Source of the DNA: Archangiaceae bacterium
Lineage (GTDB): Bacteria; Myxococcota; Myxococcia; Myxococcales; Myxococcaceae
NCBI GenBank assembly: GCA_043750125.1
Contig: JAYVCD010000026.1
Span: 1 to 17,031 of the forward strand
Length of the DNA stretch: 17,031 bases
Direction of reading: 5' to 3'
This document shows positions 16,263 to 17,031 of this stretch, one piece after another. The position numbers and the translations under genes were made by a program. Positions within the stretch are counted from its first letter, which is position 1; each line of letters begins with the position of its first letter. The notes beneath the pieces were generated by a model. The model saw only the letters and a program-made list of their open reading frames with translations, was not told where the DNA came from and ran no database searches.

Positions 16263-16823
16263 ATGGGCACGGCAAACACCGACATTCGTTTCGTGTGGTG
16301 CGATCTCGAAATGACAGGGCTGGATCCCGCCTCGTGCGCGATCATCGAGATGGGCATGATCATCACCGGGGGCGATCTGAAGCCGATCGCCGAGTTCGAG
16401 CGGGCGATCTGGCAGCCGGAAGACGTGCTCACCCGCACCGAGCCGTTCGTCAAAGAGATGCACACTCGCAACGGGCTGCTCGAACGGGTGCGCAAGTCCG
16501 ACTGCTCGTTGCGCACGGCCGAGAAGGAAGCCACCGCGCTGATCAGCCGCCACATCGACTTCGGCGAAGGCATTCTCGCCGGGAACTCGATTCACACCGA
16601 CCGGTCGTTCATCGCGAAGTTCATGCCCGGCTTCGATCGGTATCTTCACTACCGGATGCTCGATGTCTCGGGCCTGAAGATGCTGACCCGCGCGTGGTAC
16701 CCGAATGCGCCCGGGCGATCGAAGGTCGACGCGGCACACACCGTGCTGTCCGACCTGCGCGCGTCGATTGGCGAGCTTGCGTACTACCAGCAGACGTTCT
16801 TCAAGAACCCGAAGGACGTCTGA
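16263..16823 (+). CDS. orn: Oligoribonuclease (DEDDh exonuclease)
   Basis: 186 aa. WCDLEMTGLD, MHTRNGL, LAGNSIHTDR, LHYRMLDVS, HTVLSD...SI.EL.YY; the DEDDh residues are all present. Confidence 0.96.
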   Translation: MGTANTDIRFVWCDLEMTGLDPASCAIIEMGMIITGGDLKPIAEFERAIWQPEDVLTRTEPFVKEMHTRNGLLERVRKSDCSLRTAEKEATALISRHIDFGEGILAGNSIHTDRSFIAKFMPGFDRYLHYRMLDVSGLKMLTRAWYPNAPGRSKVDAAHTVLSDLRASIGELAYYQQTFFKNPKDV

Positions 16824-16986
16824 AGCGCGCGCTGTGGCTGTTGATGTTGACCGGCTGTGCCTGGCAGCAACGCTCTGACTCGCTTCGGGTCGTCGCCGCG
16901 CCGCAGATGGGTTGCCCCGCAGCGGACCTGAGCGTCTTCACCCGCGACGATCTGGGCCGCGTCCGAGGCTGCAAGCGGGAAGCGCT

Positions 16987-17031
16987 CTACATCCTCTCTT
17001 CTCCCAACCACTGGGTGATGGAGTCGATGTA
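16987..17031 (-). CDS. Possible C-terminal end of a gene entering from the right edge
   Basis: Minus frame TAC ATC GAC TCC ATC ACC CAG TGG TTG GGA GAA GAG AGG ATG TAG (YIDSITQWLGEERM*), mostly C/G-ending codons. Too short to identify. Confidence 0.35.
   Translation of the reverse strand, partial: YIDSITQWLGEERM

Noticed and set aside
16196-16573. N-terminal extension of ORF 15215..16573
   Set aside because: Antisense to the well-supported orn gene; ATG 16195 is the plausible start.
12366-16739. Long alternative ORFs (12366..14768, 12806..14356, 14910..16739) and similar ones elsewhere (40..477, 3412..4947, 7257..8147)
   Set aside because: They are antisense or off-frame shadows of well-supported genes, as expected in high-GC DNA with few stop codons, and carry no recognisable motifs.
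16784-17011. 75-aa minus-strand ORF after orn
   Set aside because: It overlaps the orn 3' end, has no motif, and conflicts with a more codon-typical frame ending at 16987.

Overview
GC-rich bacterial DNA that looks myxobacterial (Myxococcota), judged from a sigma-factor/Ser-Thr kinase remnant, a Cys-rich Gly/Thr-linker lipoprotein and a VKOR-DsbA fusion. Left to right: (1) a minus-strand czcCBA-type heavy-metal RND efflux operon (czcA runs off the left edge), preceded by an uncalled 100-aa Cys-rich secreted ORF whose last codons can base-pair with the ribosome-binding site of czcC; (2) a minus-strand nucleoside-type ABC importer (BMP lipoprotein, ATPase with a probable CTG start, two permeases); (3) a decayed sigma factor + zf-HC2/kinase/TPR-type gene pair with frameshifts and large internal deletions; (4) pyrimidine-nucleoside/thymidine phosphorylase; (5) a 49-Cys lipoprotein with a 16 x 18-nt tandem repeat; (6) yciH/SUI1, VKOR-DsbA, ygfZ, a helical hypothetical protein and orn. 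The best candidate for an undescribed system is the putative metal-sensing leader peptide plus anti-Shine-Dalgarno switch on czcCBA. No rRNA, tRNA, CRISPR array or transposase was seen. All calls are by eye from motifs; no searches or folding programs were run.
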